Of a DNA stretch of 64,000 nt, positions 25,133 to 36,098 are shown one piece after another. The notes beneath the pieces are model-generated. The model made no database searches. It saw only the letters and a list, made by a program, of their open reading frames with translations, and was not told the origin of the DNA. Positions within the stretch are counted from its first letter, which is position 1. The number at the start of each line of letters is the position of its first letter. Source of the DNA: Haemophilus haemolyticus (GTDB lineage Bacteria; Pseudomonadota; Gammaproteobacteria; Enterobacterales; Pasteurellaceae); assembly GCA_018372995.1 (NCBI GenBank), contig JAHAHX010000001.1:37518-101517 (forward strand), written 5' to 3'. Made by a program: the position numbers and the translations under genes.

Positions 25133-25201
25133 CTTTGTGAGACTCAAGCAAGTGCTATCAACGTTTTTAACCGCACTTATCCAGATAATAAAGTAGAAAA
25201 A

Positions 25202-25804
25202 ATGAATATTCGTTGGAATGTAATTTTAAGTATTATTGCTTTTTGTTTACTAGGTTGGTTTTATTCACTGAATCGGGATGCACCTGATTTATCAAATTTG
25301 GTGAAAAAGCCAGATAGCCCCGATTATATTGGCAATAAAATGGAAACAACAGTGTTTTCACCAGAAGGGAAAAAACAATATGTTTCTCTTGCGGATAATG
25401 TGAAACATTATACTGTAGATGGACATACTGATTTTGAGATGCCATTAGTCTATTTATTCGATGTTAATTCATCTAATACTAGTCAAGCAAAGGATGTTGC
25501 TCATGCTTTGGTATCACAGAGTTGGAAATTGAGTGCTAAAAAAGCCAAGCTCACAAAAGATGAAATGCTGTATTTAGAGGGAGATGTTGTGGCGGAAAGT
25601 TTGGAACCAACTTCTCATTTGCAGCGTGTAGAAACTCAGATGGCAATTGTCAATTTGAAAACACAGGATATGACATCAGACTCAATGGTCAAGATTAATG
25701 GACAAAATTTTAGTTCAACAGGATTAAAAATGGTTGGCAATTTACGTCAACAAGTTGCTACTTTAAAAGAACAGGTGAAAACATATTATGAAGTTCGTAA
25801 ATAA
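25202..25804 (+). CDS. lptC: LPS export protein LptC
   Basis: 200 aa with an N-terminal membrane anchor. It precedes lptA and lptB. Confidence 0.8.
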   Translation: MNIRWNVILSIIAFCLLGWFYSLNRDAPDLSNLVKKPDSPDYIGNKMETTVFSPEGKKQYVSLADNVKHYTVDGHTDFEMPLVYLFDVNSSNTSQAKDVAHALVSQSWKLSAKKAKLTKDEMLYLEGDVVAESLEPTSHLQRVETQMAIVNLKTQDMTSDSMVKINGQNFSSTGLKMVGNLRQQVATLKEQVKTYYEVRK

Positions 25805-26306
25805 TAAAATATTTTTACTCACAACGTTAATGATGACATCCATATCGGCTTTTGCGCTTAAAGATGATACAAATCAACCGATTAATATCGTTTCGGATAA
25901 TCAAGCGTTGGATATGGAAAAGAGTGTAGTGACTTTTACGGATAATGTTGTGATAACTCAAGGGTCGATTTTAATTAAAGCAAGCAAGGTTGTGATTACA
26001 CGTCCACCAGAAAACTCAGGTAAAAAAGAAACTGTTGATGCTTTTGGTAGCCCTGTTACATTTCATCAATTACTTGACGATGGGAAACCGGTTGATGGAA
26101 AGGCTAACAAGGTGCACTATGATCTTGGTACGGAGTTTTTAACATTGACAGGCAATGCTGAGTTGAAACAATTAGATAGCAAAATTAATGGTGAACTTAT
26201 CACTTATGATGTGAAGAAACAGCAACTTAGAGCAAATGGCGGTGCGAAATCACGAGTGACTACAGTGTTAATTCCGTCTCAATTACAAAAAGCGAAAGGG
26301 AAGTAA
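25788..26306 (+). CDS. lptA: LPS export periplasmic protein LptA
   Basis: 172 aa with a signal peptide and an OstA-N beta-jellyroll. It lies between lptC and lptB. Confidence 0.82.
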   Translation: MKFVNNKIFLLTTLMMTSISAFALKDDTNQPINIVSDNQALDMEKSVVTFTDNVVITQGSILIKASKVVITRPPENSGKKETVDAFGSPVTFHQLLDDGKPVDGKANKVHYDLGTEFLTLTGNAELKQLDSKINGELITYDVKKQQLRANGGAKSRVTTVLIPSQLQKAKGK

Positions 26307-26308
26307 TC

Positions 26309-27034
26309 ATGTCAGTTTTGATTGCTGAGAATTTAGCGAAAAGCTATAAAAGCCGTAAAGTGGTATCTGATGTTAGTCTTCAAGTTAATTCAAATGAAAT
26401 TGTGGGATTACTTGGGCCGAATGGTGCGGGAAAAACGACGACTTTTTACATGGTGGTGGGACTCGTTCGCCAAGATCAAGGTAAGATTGTGATTGATGGT
26501 GAGGATATTAGTTTACTTCCAATGCATAATCGCGCCCAGCGAGGTATTGGGTATTTACCCCAAGAGGCGTCTATTTTTCGCCGTTTAACCGTCTATGAAA
26601 ATTTGATGGCCGTTTTAGAAATTCGTAAAGATTTAACCGCTGAGCAACGCCGTGAAAGAGCGGATGAATTAATCGAAGAATTTAATATTAGTCATATTAG
26701 AGATAGTCTCGGCCAATCTTTATCTGGTGGGGAACGTCGTCGTGTAGAAATTGCTCGAGCATTAGCCGCTAATCCTAAATTTATTTTATTAGATGAACCT
26801 TTTGCTGGTGTTGACCCTATTTCAGTATCTGATATTAAGAAAATTATTACTGATTTACGTAATCGCGGATTAGGTGTGCTAATTACTGATCATAATGTAC
26901 GTGAAACTTTAGATGTGTGTGAACGCGCTTATATTGTTGGAGAAGGTAAAATTATTGCGACAGGTACGCCTGAGGCTGTTATGAATGATGAGCATGTTAA
27001 ACGTGTTTATCTTGGTGATCAGTTTAAGTTATAA
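26309..27034 (+). CDS. lptB: LPS export ABC transporter ATPase LptB
   Basis: 241 aa with Walker [10 protein letters not shown], signature [15 protein letters not shown] and Walker B ILLDEP. Confidence 0.9.
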   Translation: MSVLIAENLAKSYKSRKVVSDVSLQVNSNEIVGLLGPNGAGKTTTFYMVVGLVRQDQGKIVIDGEDISLLPMHNRAQRGIGYLPQEASIFRRLTVYENLMAVLEIRKDLTAEQRRERADELIEEFNISHIRDSLGQSLSGGERRRVEIARALAANPKFILLDEPFAGVDPISVSDIKKIITDLRNRGLGVLITDHNVRETLDVCERAYIVGEGKIIATGTPEAVMNDEHVKRVYLGDQFKL

Positions 27035-27036
27035 AG

Positions 27037-27531
27037 ATGAACGTTACCGAGTTATTAAGCCCTGAGAATATTCGTCAGGGGGTAAGTTTTTCCAGTAAAA
27101 AACGATTATTTGAATCTATTGCGCATTTTGTCATTGAGCAAGTTAATGATGAGAAAGGTGAACAAGTTTGTTTGGAATGTCTTTTTGAACGGGAAAAATT
27201 AGGTAATTCAGGTTTAGGAAATGGTATCGCCATGCCTAAAGCTAAAATTCCTGTAACATTATCAGACAAAGCAATAGCTGTATTTATGCAATTAGATACA
27301 CCGATTGATTACGATTCATCAGATGGTAAATTTGTTGATCTTGTATTTGCGGTATTGGTACCTGAAAATCAGTGCGCAACCTATATGCCAATTTTATCTT
27401 TCTTAACTGAAAGACTAACGGATAAAAATCTTTTGAAGCAGTTACGTTCAGCAAAAAGTGCAGAGGAAATTTGGCAGGTTTTTGAAATTTCAGATAGCTC
27501 AGAAAATATCTCTTTTGAGAATAATGAATAA
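27037..27531 (+). CDS. ptsN: PTS IIA-Ntr-like protein (PtsN homolog) lacking the canonical phospho-acceptor histidine
   Basis: 164 aa that aligns to E. coli PtsN (..REKLGNSGLGNGIAMPKAK.. versus ..REKMGSTGIGNGIAIPHGK..). It directly follows lptB with no rpoN or hpf in between. Confidence 0.75.
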   Translation: MNVTELLSPENIRQGVSFSSKKRLFESIAHFVIEQVNDEKGEQVCLECLFEREKLGNSGLGNGIAMPKAKIPVTLSDKAIAVFMQLDTPIDYDSSDGKFVDLVFAVLVPENQCATYMPILSFLTERLTDKNLLKQLRSAKSAEEIWQVFEISDSSENISFENNE

Positions 27532-27553
27532 GAAATAAAGAGTGGGAGGGCAT

Positions 27554-28414
27554 ATGGATATTATCATTATTAGCGGACGTTCTGGTGCGGGAAAGTCTGT
27601 GGCACTACGCGCTTTGGAGGATATGGGCTATTATTGTGTGGATAATATCCCTTTTGATTTACTACCTCAATTAACTCAGATTCTTTCTCAGTCACAATCT
27701 TCAGTAGCGATTAGTCTAGATATTCGTAATATTCCAAATTCTGCGACGACGTTAGAGCAAACACTTTCAACATTACAAAATCATCATCAGGTTAAGATTA
27801 TTTTCTTAGAGGCGGATCGCAGTACGTTGATTCGTCGATATAGTGATTCTCGGCGTTTACACCCACTTTCTGTTCAAGATCTGTCCCTTGAAGTTGCGAT
27901 TGATGCAGAATATCAATATTTAGAGCCACTAATCCAACATGCTAATTTCATTCTTGATACGACACATCTTTCGACACATACGCTTGCAGAAAAATTACGA
28001 GAGTTTATTTGTGGGTATGGCGAAAAAGAACTTAAAATTATTATAGAATCTTTTGGGTTTAAATATGGTATTCCGCTTGATGCAGATTATGTTTTTGATG
28101 TGCGATTCTTACCCAATCCACATTGGGATCCGGCACTTCGCCCAATGACAGGATTAGATGCGCCTGTGGCGGCATTTTTAAATAGTCATACAGAAGTGAA
28201 TGAATTTATTTATCTTACACGAAATTATATAGAAACATGGTTGCCGCTTTTAGAAAAAAATAATAGAAGTTACTTAACTATTGCTATTGGATGCACTGGT
28301 GGGAAACATCGCTCTGTTTATATAGCACAACAACTTGGAGAATATTTTCAGGCAAAAGGAAAAATAGTGCAGATTCAGCATAAATCTTTAGAGCGAAATA
28401 AAAAGACGCAATAA
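27554..28414 (+). CDS. rapZ: RNase adaptor protein RapZ (YhbJ), P-loop NTPase
   Basis: Start [33 protein letters not shown] (the listed ORF begins 4 codons earlier). It matches E. coli RapZ throughout. Confidence 0.88.
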   Translation: MDIIIISGRSGAGKSVALRALEDMGYYCVDNIPFDLLPQLTQILSQSQSSVAISLDIRNIPNSATTLEQTLSTLQNHHQVKIIFLEADRSTLIRRYSDSRRLHPLSVQDLSLEVAIDAEYQYLEPLIQHANFILDTTHLSTHTLAEKLREFICGYGEKELKIIIESFGFKYGIPLDADYVFDVRFLPNPHWDPALRPMTGLDAPVAAFLNSHTEVNEFIYLTRNYIETWLPLLEKNNRSYLTIAIGCTGGKHRSVYIAQQLGEYFQAKGKIVQIQHKSLERNKKTQ

Positions 28415-28430
28415 TGGCGTATCGGTAATA

Positions 28431-28898
28431 TTATAGTTTAAATCGATGAATAACCTGATTTGCTGAACCCCGCCAAACTAAACTTGGGTCAGCCTGTTCT
28501 TGAATAAATTTCCCATCAATTAACACATCAATATAAGGCAACATAGCACGTTGTTGTTCGTCTAGTTCATCCAGCTTATAACCCGTCCAAACCCAAATGT
28601 CTTTATCGGGACATTCTCGTTTTACGCGTTGCACAAATGGCAATAATGTTTCTACGTTGAGGGGATGAAGTGGATCGCCACCTGAAAGCGTCAACCCTTG
28701 GCGTTTAATGCGTGTGTCTTTTAAATCATTGATGATTTGTTGCTCCATTGCTTCATCAAATAATACACCTGCTGAAAATGACCAACTTTTTTGGTTATAG
28801 CAACCTTTGCAAGCATGCGTACATCCACTGACGAAAAGTGTACATCTTGTGCCTTCGCCATTGATCACATCGGTCGGATAGTATTGTAGGTAGTTCAT
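28431..28898 (-). CDS. nrdG: Anaerobic ribonucleoside-triphosphate reductase activating protein (radical SAM)
   Basis: 155 aa with the CTHACKGCYN radical-SAM cysteine cluster. Confidence 0.82.
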   Translation of the reverse strand: MNYLQYYPTDVINGEGTRCTLFVSGCTHACKGCYNQKSWSFSAGVLFDEAMEQQIINDLKDTRIKRQGLTLSGGDPLHPLNVETLLPFVQRVKRECPDKDIWVWTGYKLDELDEQQRAMLPYIDVLIDGKFIQEQADPSLVWRGSANQVIHRFKL

Positions 28899-28963
28899 TT
28901 CATAAAAATCCTGAAAATGTGGCTTAAATTCTCGCCAAGTTCACCGCACTTTTGAATTAGTCT

Positions 28964-28992
28964 TTGCAATACGGCAGTAATTTCTGCATAAT
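28964..28992 (+). promoter_or_regulatory. Candidate promoter of ffs
   Basis: TTGCAA (28964-69), a 17-nt spacer, then tgCATAAT (28987-92). Confidence 0.45.
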
Positions 28993-29019
28993 AGCGCGCA
29001 ATCGCATTGCGATATCAAT

Positions 29020-29132
29020 GGAAACCTTCTCGGTCTCTCGCAACGGTGTCTGGTTTACTCGGTCAGGTCCGGAAGGAAGCAGCCAAAGTCGGAATTACTG
29101 TGTGCCGAGAAGAAGCTGGGAAGGTTTCCGCC
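29020..29132 (+). ncRNA. ffs: Signal recognition particle 4.5S RNA
   Basis: About 113 nt, ggaaaccttctcggtctctcgcaacggtgtctggtttactcGGTCAGGTCCGGAAGGAAGCAGCCaaagtcgg...gctgggaaggtttccgccc. The capitalised stretch is the universally conserved SRP domain IV motif shared with E. coli 4.5S RNA, and the 5' and 3' ends pair (ggaaacc/ggtttcc). Confidence 0.85.
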
Positions 29133-29145
29133 CAACTTCCTTTTC

Positions 29146-30876
29146 TTATACTCGCTCAATCAATCTTTTAAAGAAACCATTTTCTTTGGTGATTAAACTA
29201 TTGTAATCGCCTTCTTCGATTAATCTTCCGTTATCAATTACACAAATTTTATCGAATTGTTCAATTGAACTTAGACGGTGAGTGACCATAATTAGGGTTT
29301 TATTTTCGGCATGTTGTAGAATTAAACGTAAAATTTGACGTTCAGTTTCGCGATCTAAACCTTCTGTTGGTTCATCTAACAATAAAATTGGCGCATTATT
29401 GAGTAAAATACGTGCTAAACCTAAACGGCGTTGTTCCCCACCGGAAAGCGGACGGCCGCCATCCCCAAGCCAAAGATTTAAACCTTTCCCTTCTTGCTCA
29501 AGTAATTTGCTTAAACCAACTTGATGTAGCACTTTAATCATTTGTTCATCAGAAATTTCATCCGTACTTGCAAATTGTAAATTTTGACGAAGCGTATCGC
29601 TAAATACGTGAACACGTTGAGTTAAAAAACAAATTTGGCGGCGTAATGCCTCTTCTGAATAGGCAGAAATGGGTTTTTCTGCCAATAAAAGCTCACCTTG
29701 ATTCGCATCATAATTACGAACTAAAAGTTGAAGAAGTGAAGATTTCCCACTTCCAGTTTTGCCTAAAATAGCAATTTTTTGGCCTTGTTCTAAATCTAAT
29801 GTAAGATTTTTTAATACAAGCGTTTCTTGCCCTGGATAGGAAAAACTTAAATCCTTCGCAGAAATCAACCGCACTTTTGTTTCAAATTCCTCGTTACCAT
29901 TAAACTCAACAAGCGGTTTTTGCTCAATGATTTCGGTTACACGCTCTGCTGCAGCAATCACTTGACCTATATGTAAAAATGCAGCACCCAATGGCATGAT
30001 GATCTCAAAGGCGGCAAGCGCAGCAAAAGTGAACAGTGCAATATAAGCCGTGCGGTATTCATCTGTGCCAAAATCGGCGTTACTTGCAAACCATAGCATG
30101 CCAGAAATCAACAAACCATTTAGAAACAGAACAAGCGCGGTAGAAAATCCGCTTAATTTTGCTTCTTTGGCTTGATCTTCCTGCCATGTTTTTTCTGTGG
30201 CTGACATGTTCTCTTTTAATTTATCCTCTGCATTAAATAATAAAAGCTCGGCTTGTGCTTGGATAAATTCTAAAAACTGGGTTCGATAGGTCGCGCGTGC
30301 TTGGATTAACTGTTCGCCAAAATCCTGCCCTAGTCGATAAAAAACAGTTGGGATAATCATTAATAAAATTAACAAAAATAAACCTAAACCAAGTGCGAGT
30401 GGAATATTGACAAAGCTAAGTCCAATTGTCATGGCAATGATTACAAATGCAGCGGTGAAAAATGGCGCAAGTAAACGTAAATAGAGGCTATCAAGTGTAT
30501 CCACATCGGACACTAAACGATTTAACAAATCGCTGTTGCGATAACGATTTAATACCGCTGGGCTTAAAGGAATGATTTTTTCAAATACTTGTACGCGTAA
30601 TTTGGACAAAATGCGGAATGTTGCATCATGCGTCACTATTTTTTCAAAATAGCGCATGACAGTTCGTCCGATAGCTAAACCTCGCACGCTGGCTGATGGG
30701 TAGAAAAAGTTAAATAGCGTTCCTAGTCCTGCAATGGCGGTAGCGGCTAAAAACCAGCCTGAAACGGTAAGCAAGCCCATGCTGGAGCCCAAACCTAAAA
30801 TCATCAGCACCAAGCCTAAAATAAGAGGAAATTTGGCGAATTTAAATAAACGTATAAACGGAAGTAATGTGCGCAT
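29146..30876 (-). CDS. cydC: ABC transporter ATP-binding/permease CydC (cysteine/glutathione export for cytochrome bd assembly)
   Basis: 576 aa with six TM helices plus an ABC ATPase (GKTGSGKSS, LSGGEQRRL). It is the downstream gene of the cydDC pair. Confidence 0.85.
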   Translation of the reverse strand: MRTLLPFIRLFKFAKFPLILGLVLMILGLGSSMGLLTVSGWFLAATAIAGLGTLFNFFYPSASVRGLAIGRTVMRYFEKIVTHDATFRILSKLRVQVFEKIIPLSPAVLNRYRNSDLLNRLVSDVDTLDSLYLRLLAPFFTAAFVIIAMTIGLSFVNIPLALGLGLFLLILLMIIPTVFYRLGQDFGEQLIQARATYRTQFLEFIQAQAELLLFNAEDKLKENMSATEKTWQEDQAKEAKLSGFSTALVLFLNGLLISGMLWFASNADFGTDEYRTAYIALFTFAALAAFEIIMPLGAAFLHIGQVIAAAERVTEIIEQKPLVEFNGNEEFETKVRLISAKDLSFSYPGQETLVLKNLTLDLEQGQKIAILGKTGSGKSSLLQLLVRNYDANQGELLLAEKPISAYSEEALRRQICFLTQRVHVFSDTLRQNLQFASTDEISDEQMIKVLHQVGLSKLLEQEGKGLNLWLGDGGRPLSGGEQRRLGLARILLNNAPILLLDEPTEGLDRETERQILRLILQHAENKTLIMVTHRLSSIEQFDKICVIDNGRLIEEGDYNSLITKENGFFKRLIERV

Positions 30877-32636
30877 TATTGGATATCCTGTTTTCGTTGT
30901 GCAAGAAGTTCTCCAAAGAAACCTTCATTTTGTAATTCAGCAAAAATCCCCCGTTGGACAATTTCGCCCTGCTGCATGACAAAAATTTGCTCACATTGTT
31001 TTAAATCTTCAATGCGGTGTGTAATCATTAATGTTGTTTGGTAACAACTCATTTCATTTAATGCTTGAAGGACGAGATTTTCAGATTGGGCATCGAGACT
31101 GGCTGTTGGCTCATCAAGCAATAGTAGGCTACCCTTGCGTAATAATGCACGTGCAATAGCAAGACGTTGGGCTTGCCCAACAGAGATGCCTAATCCTCCA
31201 TCTTTAATTTCATAATCTAAACCGAGTTTATCTGTAAATTCGGTGGCTTGGGCTTGGCTTAAAGCGTGGTGAATTTTCTCATCGCTTGTTTGAATATCAC
31301 CAAGCAGAAGATTTTCTTTAATTGTACCTTGTAATAACAATGGATTTTGTCCCACCCAGGCAATATGTTTGCGCCAGTCAGCTAGATTGCTTTCGCGAAG
31401 TTCTTGACCATTAATTTTGAGAGAGCCCTCATAAGGTAAAAAGCCTAAAATTACATTCATTAATGAGGTTTTCCCTGCGCCACTTTGTCCTACAAGTGCA
31501 ACATTGTGATTTGCTGGAATTTGGAAATTTAACGGCTTGGTTAATGCAGAACCCTGTGTCGAAAGTACCACTAAATTTTCGGCAGAAATTTCAACCGCAC
31601 TTTCCAAAGAAATTGTTTTTTCATTTTGATGAACGGTTAAATAATCGGATTCTAAGAAATCAACAATGGCATCTGCGGCACCAATACCCGCTGCGCGGTC
31701 GTGGTAATAAGCGCCGAGATCGCGTAAGGGTTGATAAAATTCAGGTGCAAGAATTAAACAAAAGAAACCTGTGAAAAGTGTAAGCGGTGCATTATAGGTA
31801 CCAAATTCAATTTGACCTAAGTAGCTAAAACCAAAATAGACCGCCATGAGGGCAATGGAAATAGAGGTAAAAAATTCTAATACAGCAGAAGAGAGAAAAG
31901 CGAGTTTTAGCACATCCATTGTGGTTTCACGGAAATCTTCAGTGGCATTTTCAATATGCTCCGTTTGTTCAGAAGTGCGGTTAAAAAGACGTAAGGTTTC
32001 AAGACCACGTAATCGATCTAGAAATTGTGCACTTAAATGAGCCAGTGTTTCCATATTTTTTTGGCTACTGTCTGCTGCAGCGATACCAACAAGGATCATA
32101 AAGACGGGAACAAGCGGTGCGGTAATCATTAAGATTAAGCCTGCAGCCCAGTTCAACGGAAATACAGCAATTAAAATAACGACTGGAACAATGGCTGAAA
32201 GACTTTGTTGTGGCAGAAAACGGGCATAGAAATTATGTAAATTTTCAACTTGTTCCAACATAATGCTTGCCCAACTTCCAGCTGGTTTTTGATTGATTGT
32301 TGCGGGGCCGACAAGATGGATTTTATCCAGAATTTTTTGACGAATATGGTTGCGCAATAATTGTCCGCTTCGGAAACCAATTTTTTCTCTTGCCCATAAA
32401 ATAATAGCACGCATCCCGAAGCCGATAATTAGCCCGAGAAAATAAGGAATGAGTTCATCACGAGGCACATTTTGCATAATCAGTTTATCGAGCAAAGTTG
32501 CAAGAAAATAAGTTTGCGCGACTAAAATGAGTGCAGAAAGCGTAGCTAGGACAATGTTTGCGCGCATTAATTTTTTGATAGGTTCTTGTTGTGCGCGAAG
32601 CCATTTTTGTAAATATTTTTGGCGAAGTTTGTTCAT
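30876..32636 (-). CDS. cydD: ABC transporter ATP-binding/permease CydD
   Basis: The listed ORF extends to 32750. The probable start is ATG at 32636 (MNKLRQKYLQKWL), giving 587 aa. It has an ABC ATPase (GQSGAGKTS, LSVGQAQRLAIARAL) and overlaps the cydC start. Confidence 0.85.
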   Translation of the reverse strand: MNKLRQKYLQKWLRAQQEPIKKLMRANIVLATLSALILVAQTYFLATLLDKLIMQNVPRDELIPYFLGLIIGFGMRAIILWAREKIGFRSGQLLRNHIRQKILDKIHLVGPATINQKPAGSWASIMLEQVENLHNFYARFLPQQSLSAIVPVVILIAVFPLNWAAGLILMITAPLVPVFMILVGIAAADSSQKNMETLAHLSAQFLDRLRGLETLRLFNRTSEQTEHIENATEDFRETTMDVLKLAFLSSAVLEFFTSISIALMAVYFGFSYLGQIEFGTYNAPLTLFTGFFCLILAPEFYQPLRDLGAYYHDRAAGIGAADAIVDFLESDYLTVHQNEKTISLESAVEISAENLVVLSTQGSALTKPLNFQIPANHNVALVGQSGAGKTSLMNVILGFLPYEGSLKINGQELRESNLADWRKHIAWVGQNPLLLQGTIKENLLLGDIQTSDEKIHHALSQAQATEFTDKLGLDYEIKDGGLGISVGQAQRLAIARALLRKGSLLLLDEPTASLDAQSENLVLQALNEMSCYQTTLMITHRIEDLKQCEQIFVMQQGEIVQRGIFAELQNEGFFGELLAQRKQDIQ

Positions 32637-32654
32637 AGTTTTATCGTGATATAG

Positions 32655-32686
32655 AAAAAGTTCCCCTCTTTTAAAAAGAGGGGAAT
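32655..32686 (-). terminator. Terminator of trxB
   Basis: ttcccctctt/aagaggggaa, a 10-bp stem with a T-run on the minus strand. Confidence 0.7.
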
Positions 32687-32698
32687 TAGTTAGAGAAT

Positions 32699-33685
<987 letters not shown>

Positions 33686-33764
33686 TTAATTAAATTCAAG
33701 CCTATTCTAATGATTGCTATGTATGAAATTGTTCCATACACCTTATCAATTATAAACTTTTCGA

Positions 33765-34622
33765 TTAATAGAGCAGTGAATAAAGCAATCGGCGAAATTT
33801 ATTTGTTAACGGATCAGCATTGCCCATTGCACTTAAAATGGATAAAAATTGTTGTTTAACTTCACCATTCTGCGCGCCTAAGTCAGTTTTTAAAATACCG
33901 AAAAGTAGTGTCAGCGCTTCTTCATTTCGTCCAGCTTGATGAAGTTGTACAGCAAGTTTTATTGCAATTTCAGCTGTTGGGTTTTTAGCATAATCGTCCT
34001 GTAATTGTTGGATTTCAGGTGTATTGGCTGCTTGAATTTGTAGCTCAATTTGTGCTTGTAATCCGTGCCAACGACTATCACGATCTTGCAATGGAATTTG
34101 TTTTAGAATTTCCTGTGCTGGCTCCGTTTTTTTCATTGCAATATAGGTTTCAGCGTAGAGCAGGGCGACATCACTATTTTTCTTATCAGAAAGTTCCCAT
34201 GCGTCTTTCAATAATGGCAATGCAGCCTCATAATTTTCTACTTGCAAGAAATCTAATGCTTGTTGGAATTTTAAATCTTCTTCTTTCGGTAAAATAATGC
34301 TTAATCGTTGGATTAATGACGCTTTATCAAGCGCACCTGGAAATGCATCTAATGCCTGGGCTTCTTTAAACAAATAGGTAGTTGGCAATGCTTGGATGCG
34401 GAATTGTGCGGCAATCATTTGCTCTTTTTCACAATTTACTTTTCCAAGAACAAATTGTCCTTGATATTGTTCTGCAACTAGCTCAAGTAGAGCCAAGAAA
34501 TCTGATGACTCTTTATGCGTTGGAGCATAAAAATTGATGACAAGTGGTTTTTCTAAGGATTGTTGCAGTATTTCAGTAAGATTTTGTTCGTTGATGTCAA
34601 CGATAAAAGGAAAATCAGCCAT
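33765..34622 (-). CDS. Thioredoxin-domain/TPR co-chaperone (YbbN/CnoX-like)
   Basis: 285 aa with an N-terminal thioredoxin fold carrying a degenerate active site (APTHKESS) and C-terminal TPR-like repeats. Confidence 0.65.
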   Translation of the reverse strand: MADFPFIVDINEQNLTEILQQSLEKPLVINFYAPTHKESSDFLALLELVAEQYQGQFVLGKVNCEKEQMIAAQFRIQALPTTYLFKEAQALDAFPGALDKASLIQRLSIILPKEEDLKFQQALDFLQVENYEAALPLLKDAWELSDKKNSDVALLYAETYIAMKKTEPAQEILKQIPLQDRDSRWHGLQAQIELQIQAANTPEIQQLQDDYAKNPTAEIAIKLAVQLHQAGRNEEALTLLFGILKTDLGAQNGEVKQQFLSILSAMGNADPLTNKFRRLLYSLLY

Positions 34623-34685
34623 GTTTTATCCTTGTGAAAAAATAATGGCTGATTTTAACAAAGTGCGGTCGATTTTAGAAATGTT

Positions 34686-35672
34686 TTACTCTTTCAATGG
34701 GGGAAAGATTTTTGTCAGGAGCAGTTTTCCCATCATTTCAATATGTTGCGGTTCTGCATTGAGTGCAGGAATATATTGGTAAGATTGTCCGCCATTAGTG
34801 AGAAAATTCTCGCGGTTTTCCTCATCAATTTCTTCAATAGTTTCTAAACAATCAACCGAAAAACCTGGGCAAATGACGGCTACTTTATGAATGCCTTGTG
34901 ATGCTGCATTTTGGAGAAATTTATCCGTGTAAGGTTGTAACCATTCTTCTCGTCCAAAACGTGATTGGAAGGTTATTCCCCATTGGTTTTCGGTCAATCC
35001 CAATTTGTCTACAACAGCAAGCGTTGTTTGTTTGCAGTGTTCACGGTAGTAATCGCCCATATTTTCATAACGTAAAGGGATACCATGATAAGAAAATAGC
35101 AAAAATTCATCGGATTTCAACCGCACTTTTATGGAATCGGCTAAGGCGTTAATGTAATTTTTATCAACATGATAAGAATGAATAAAATCAAACGGCACCA
35201 TTCCCCGCTCTTCTTTAAGGGCATGAGCAAAGGAATCAAATAGTGCGCCTGTTGTTGTACTAGAATATTGTGGGTAAAGGGGGAGTATAATAATTCGTTC
35301 AGCTTTATTTTTAAGTAAATTTTTCACCGCACTTTGCATTGATGGGTTGCCGTATGTCATTGCAATTTCTACTTGAGCATCAATATTTAGCTTATCTAAA
35401 TAAGCTTGTAATGCATCTTTTTGTTGTCGTGAAATGGCAAGTAAAGGCGAACCTTGCTCTGTCCAAATTGCTTGGTAATTTTTAGCGATACGTTTTGAAC
35501 GTAATGGCAAAATAACAGCCTTGAGTAATGGATACCATTTGTAAGGAGATAAATCGACTACTCTTGGGTCGGTTAAAAATTTCCATAAATAACGGGATAT
35601 AGCAGATGAGGTGGGCGCATCGGGTGTCCCTAAATTGGCTAAAATAATCCCTATTTTTTGATTTGCTATCAT
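34686..35672 (-). CDS. hemH: Ferrochelatase
   Basis: The probable start is M14 of the listed ORF ([21 protein letters not shown]). It matches E. coli HemH throughout, ending ...[13 protein letters not shown].... Confidence 0.88.
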   Translation of the reverse strand: MIANQKIGIILANLGTPDAPTSSAISRYLWKFLTDPRVVDLSPYKWYPLLKAVILPLRSKRIAKNYQAIWTEQGSPLLAISRQQKDALQAYLDKLNIDAQVEIAMTYGNPSMQSAVKNLLKNKAERIIILPLYPQYSSTTTGALFDSFAHALKEERGMVPFDFIHSYHVDKNYINALADSIKVRLKSDEFLLFSYHGIPLRYENMGDYYREHCKQTTLAVVDKLGLTENQWGITFQSRFGREEWLQPYTDKFLQNAASQGIHKVAVICPGFSVDCLETIEEIDEENRENFLTNGGQSYQYIPALNAEPQHIEMMGKLLLTKIFPPLKE

Positions 35673-36085
35673 AAGTTTAGAATAGAAAGTGTAAGTCGAG
35701 AAACGCAGCAAAGTTTATCTTGTTCATCACGAATGTCAATTTGCCATACGTGGATATTTCTATTTAAACTAATAGGCGTAGCCTTTGCTGTAACAATGCC
35801 TTGCTTTACTGAACGTAGGTGATGGGCATTAATATCAAGTCCCACTGCAATTTTATTTTCTTCTATTGCAAGGTATCCCGCCAATGAACCTATCGTTTCT
35901 GCTAAAGCAACAGAAATCCCGCCATGTAATAGACCAAAAGGTTGAGTTGTGCGATGATCTACAGGCATTGTCGCTTCAATCCAATCTTCACCAAAAGCAG
36001 AAATTTCAATGCCAAGATGGCTAACTGCACTGTTGGAGCAAAGTTGATTTAAGTTTTCGAGCGTGAAGTTTTTTTGCCAAATCAT
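35669..36085 (-). CDS. Hotdog-fold acyl-CoA thioesterase, PaaI/YbdB/YdiI (MenI-like) family
   Basis: 138 aa with the characteristic [15 protein letters not shown] motif. It is adjacent to the ydiJ-like gene, as ydiI-ydiJ are in E. coli. Confidence 0.75.
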   Translation of the reverse strand: MIWQKNFTLENLNQLCSNSAVSHLGIEISAFGEDWIEATMPVDHRTTQPFGLLHGGISVALAETIGSLAGYLAIEENKIAVGLDINAHHLRSVKQGIVTAKATPISLNRNIHVWQIDIRDEQDKLCCVSRLTLSILNL

Positions 36086-36098
36086 GATGTTCCTTTCA

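Noticed and set aside
24440..25151. Several short ORFs (24440..24646-, 24480..24665+, 24580..24783-, 24747..25151-) around pmbA/yjgA
   Set aside because: They overlap the pmbA start or the yjgA body in other frames. AT-rich sequence generates lysine-rich spurious frames.
28964..29206. 80-aa + strand ORF
   Set aside because: It overlaps the ffs (4.5S RNA) gene and its promoter, so the ORF is an artefact of translating a structured RNA.
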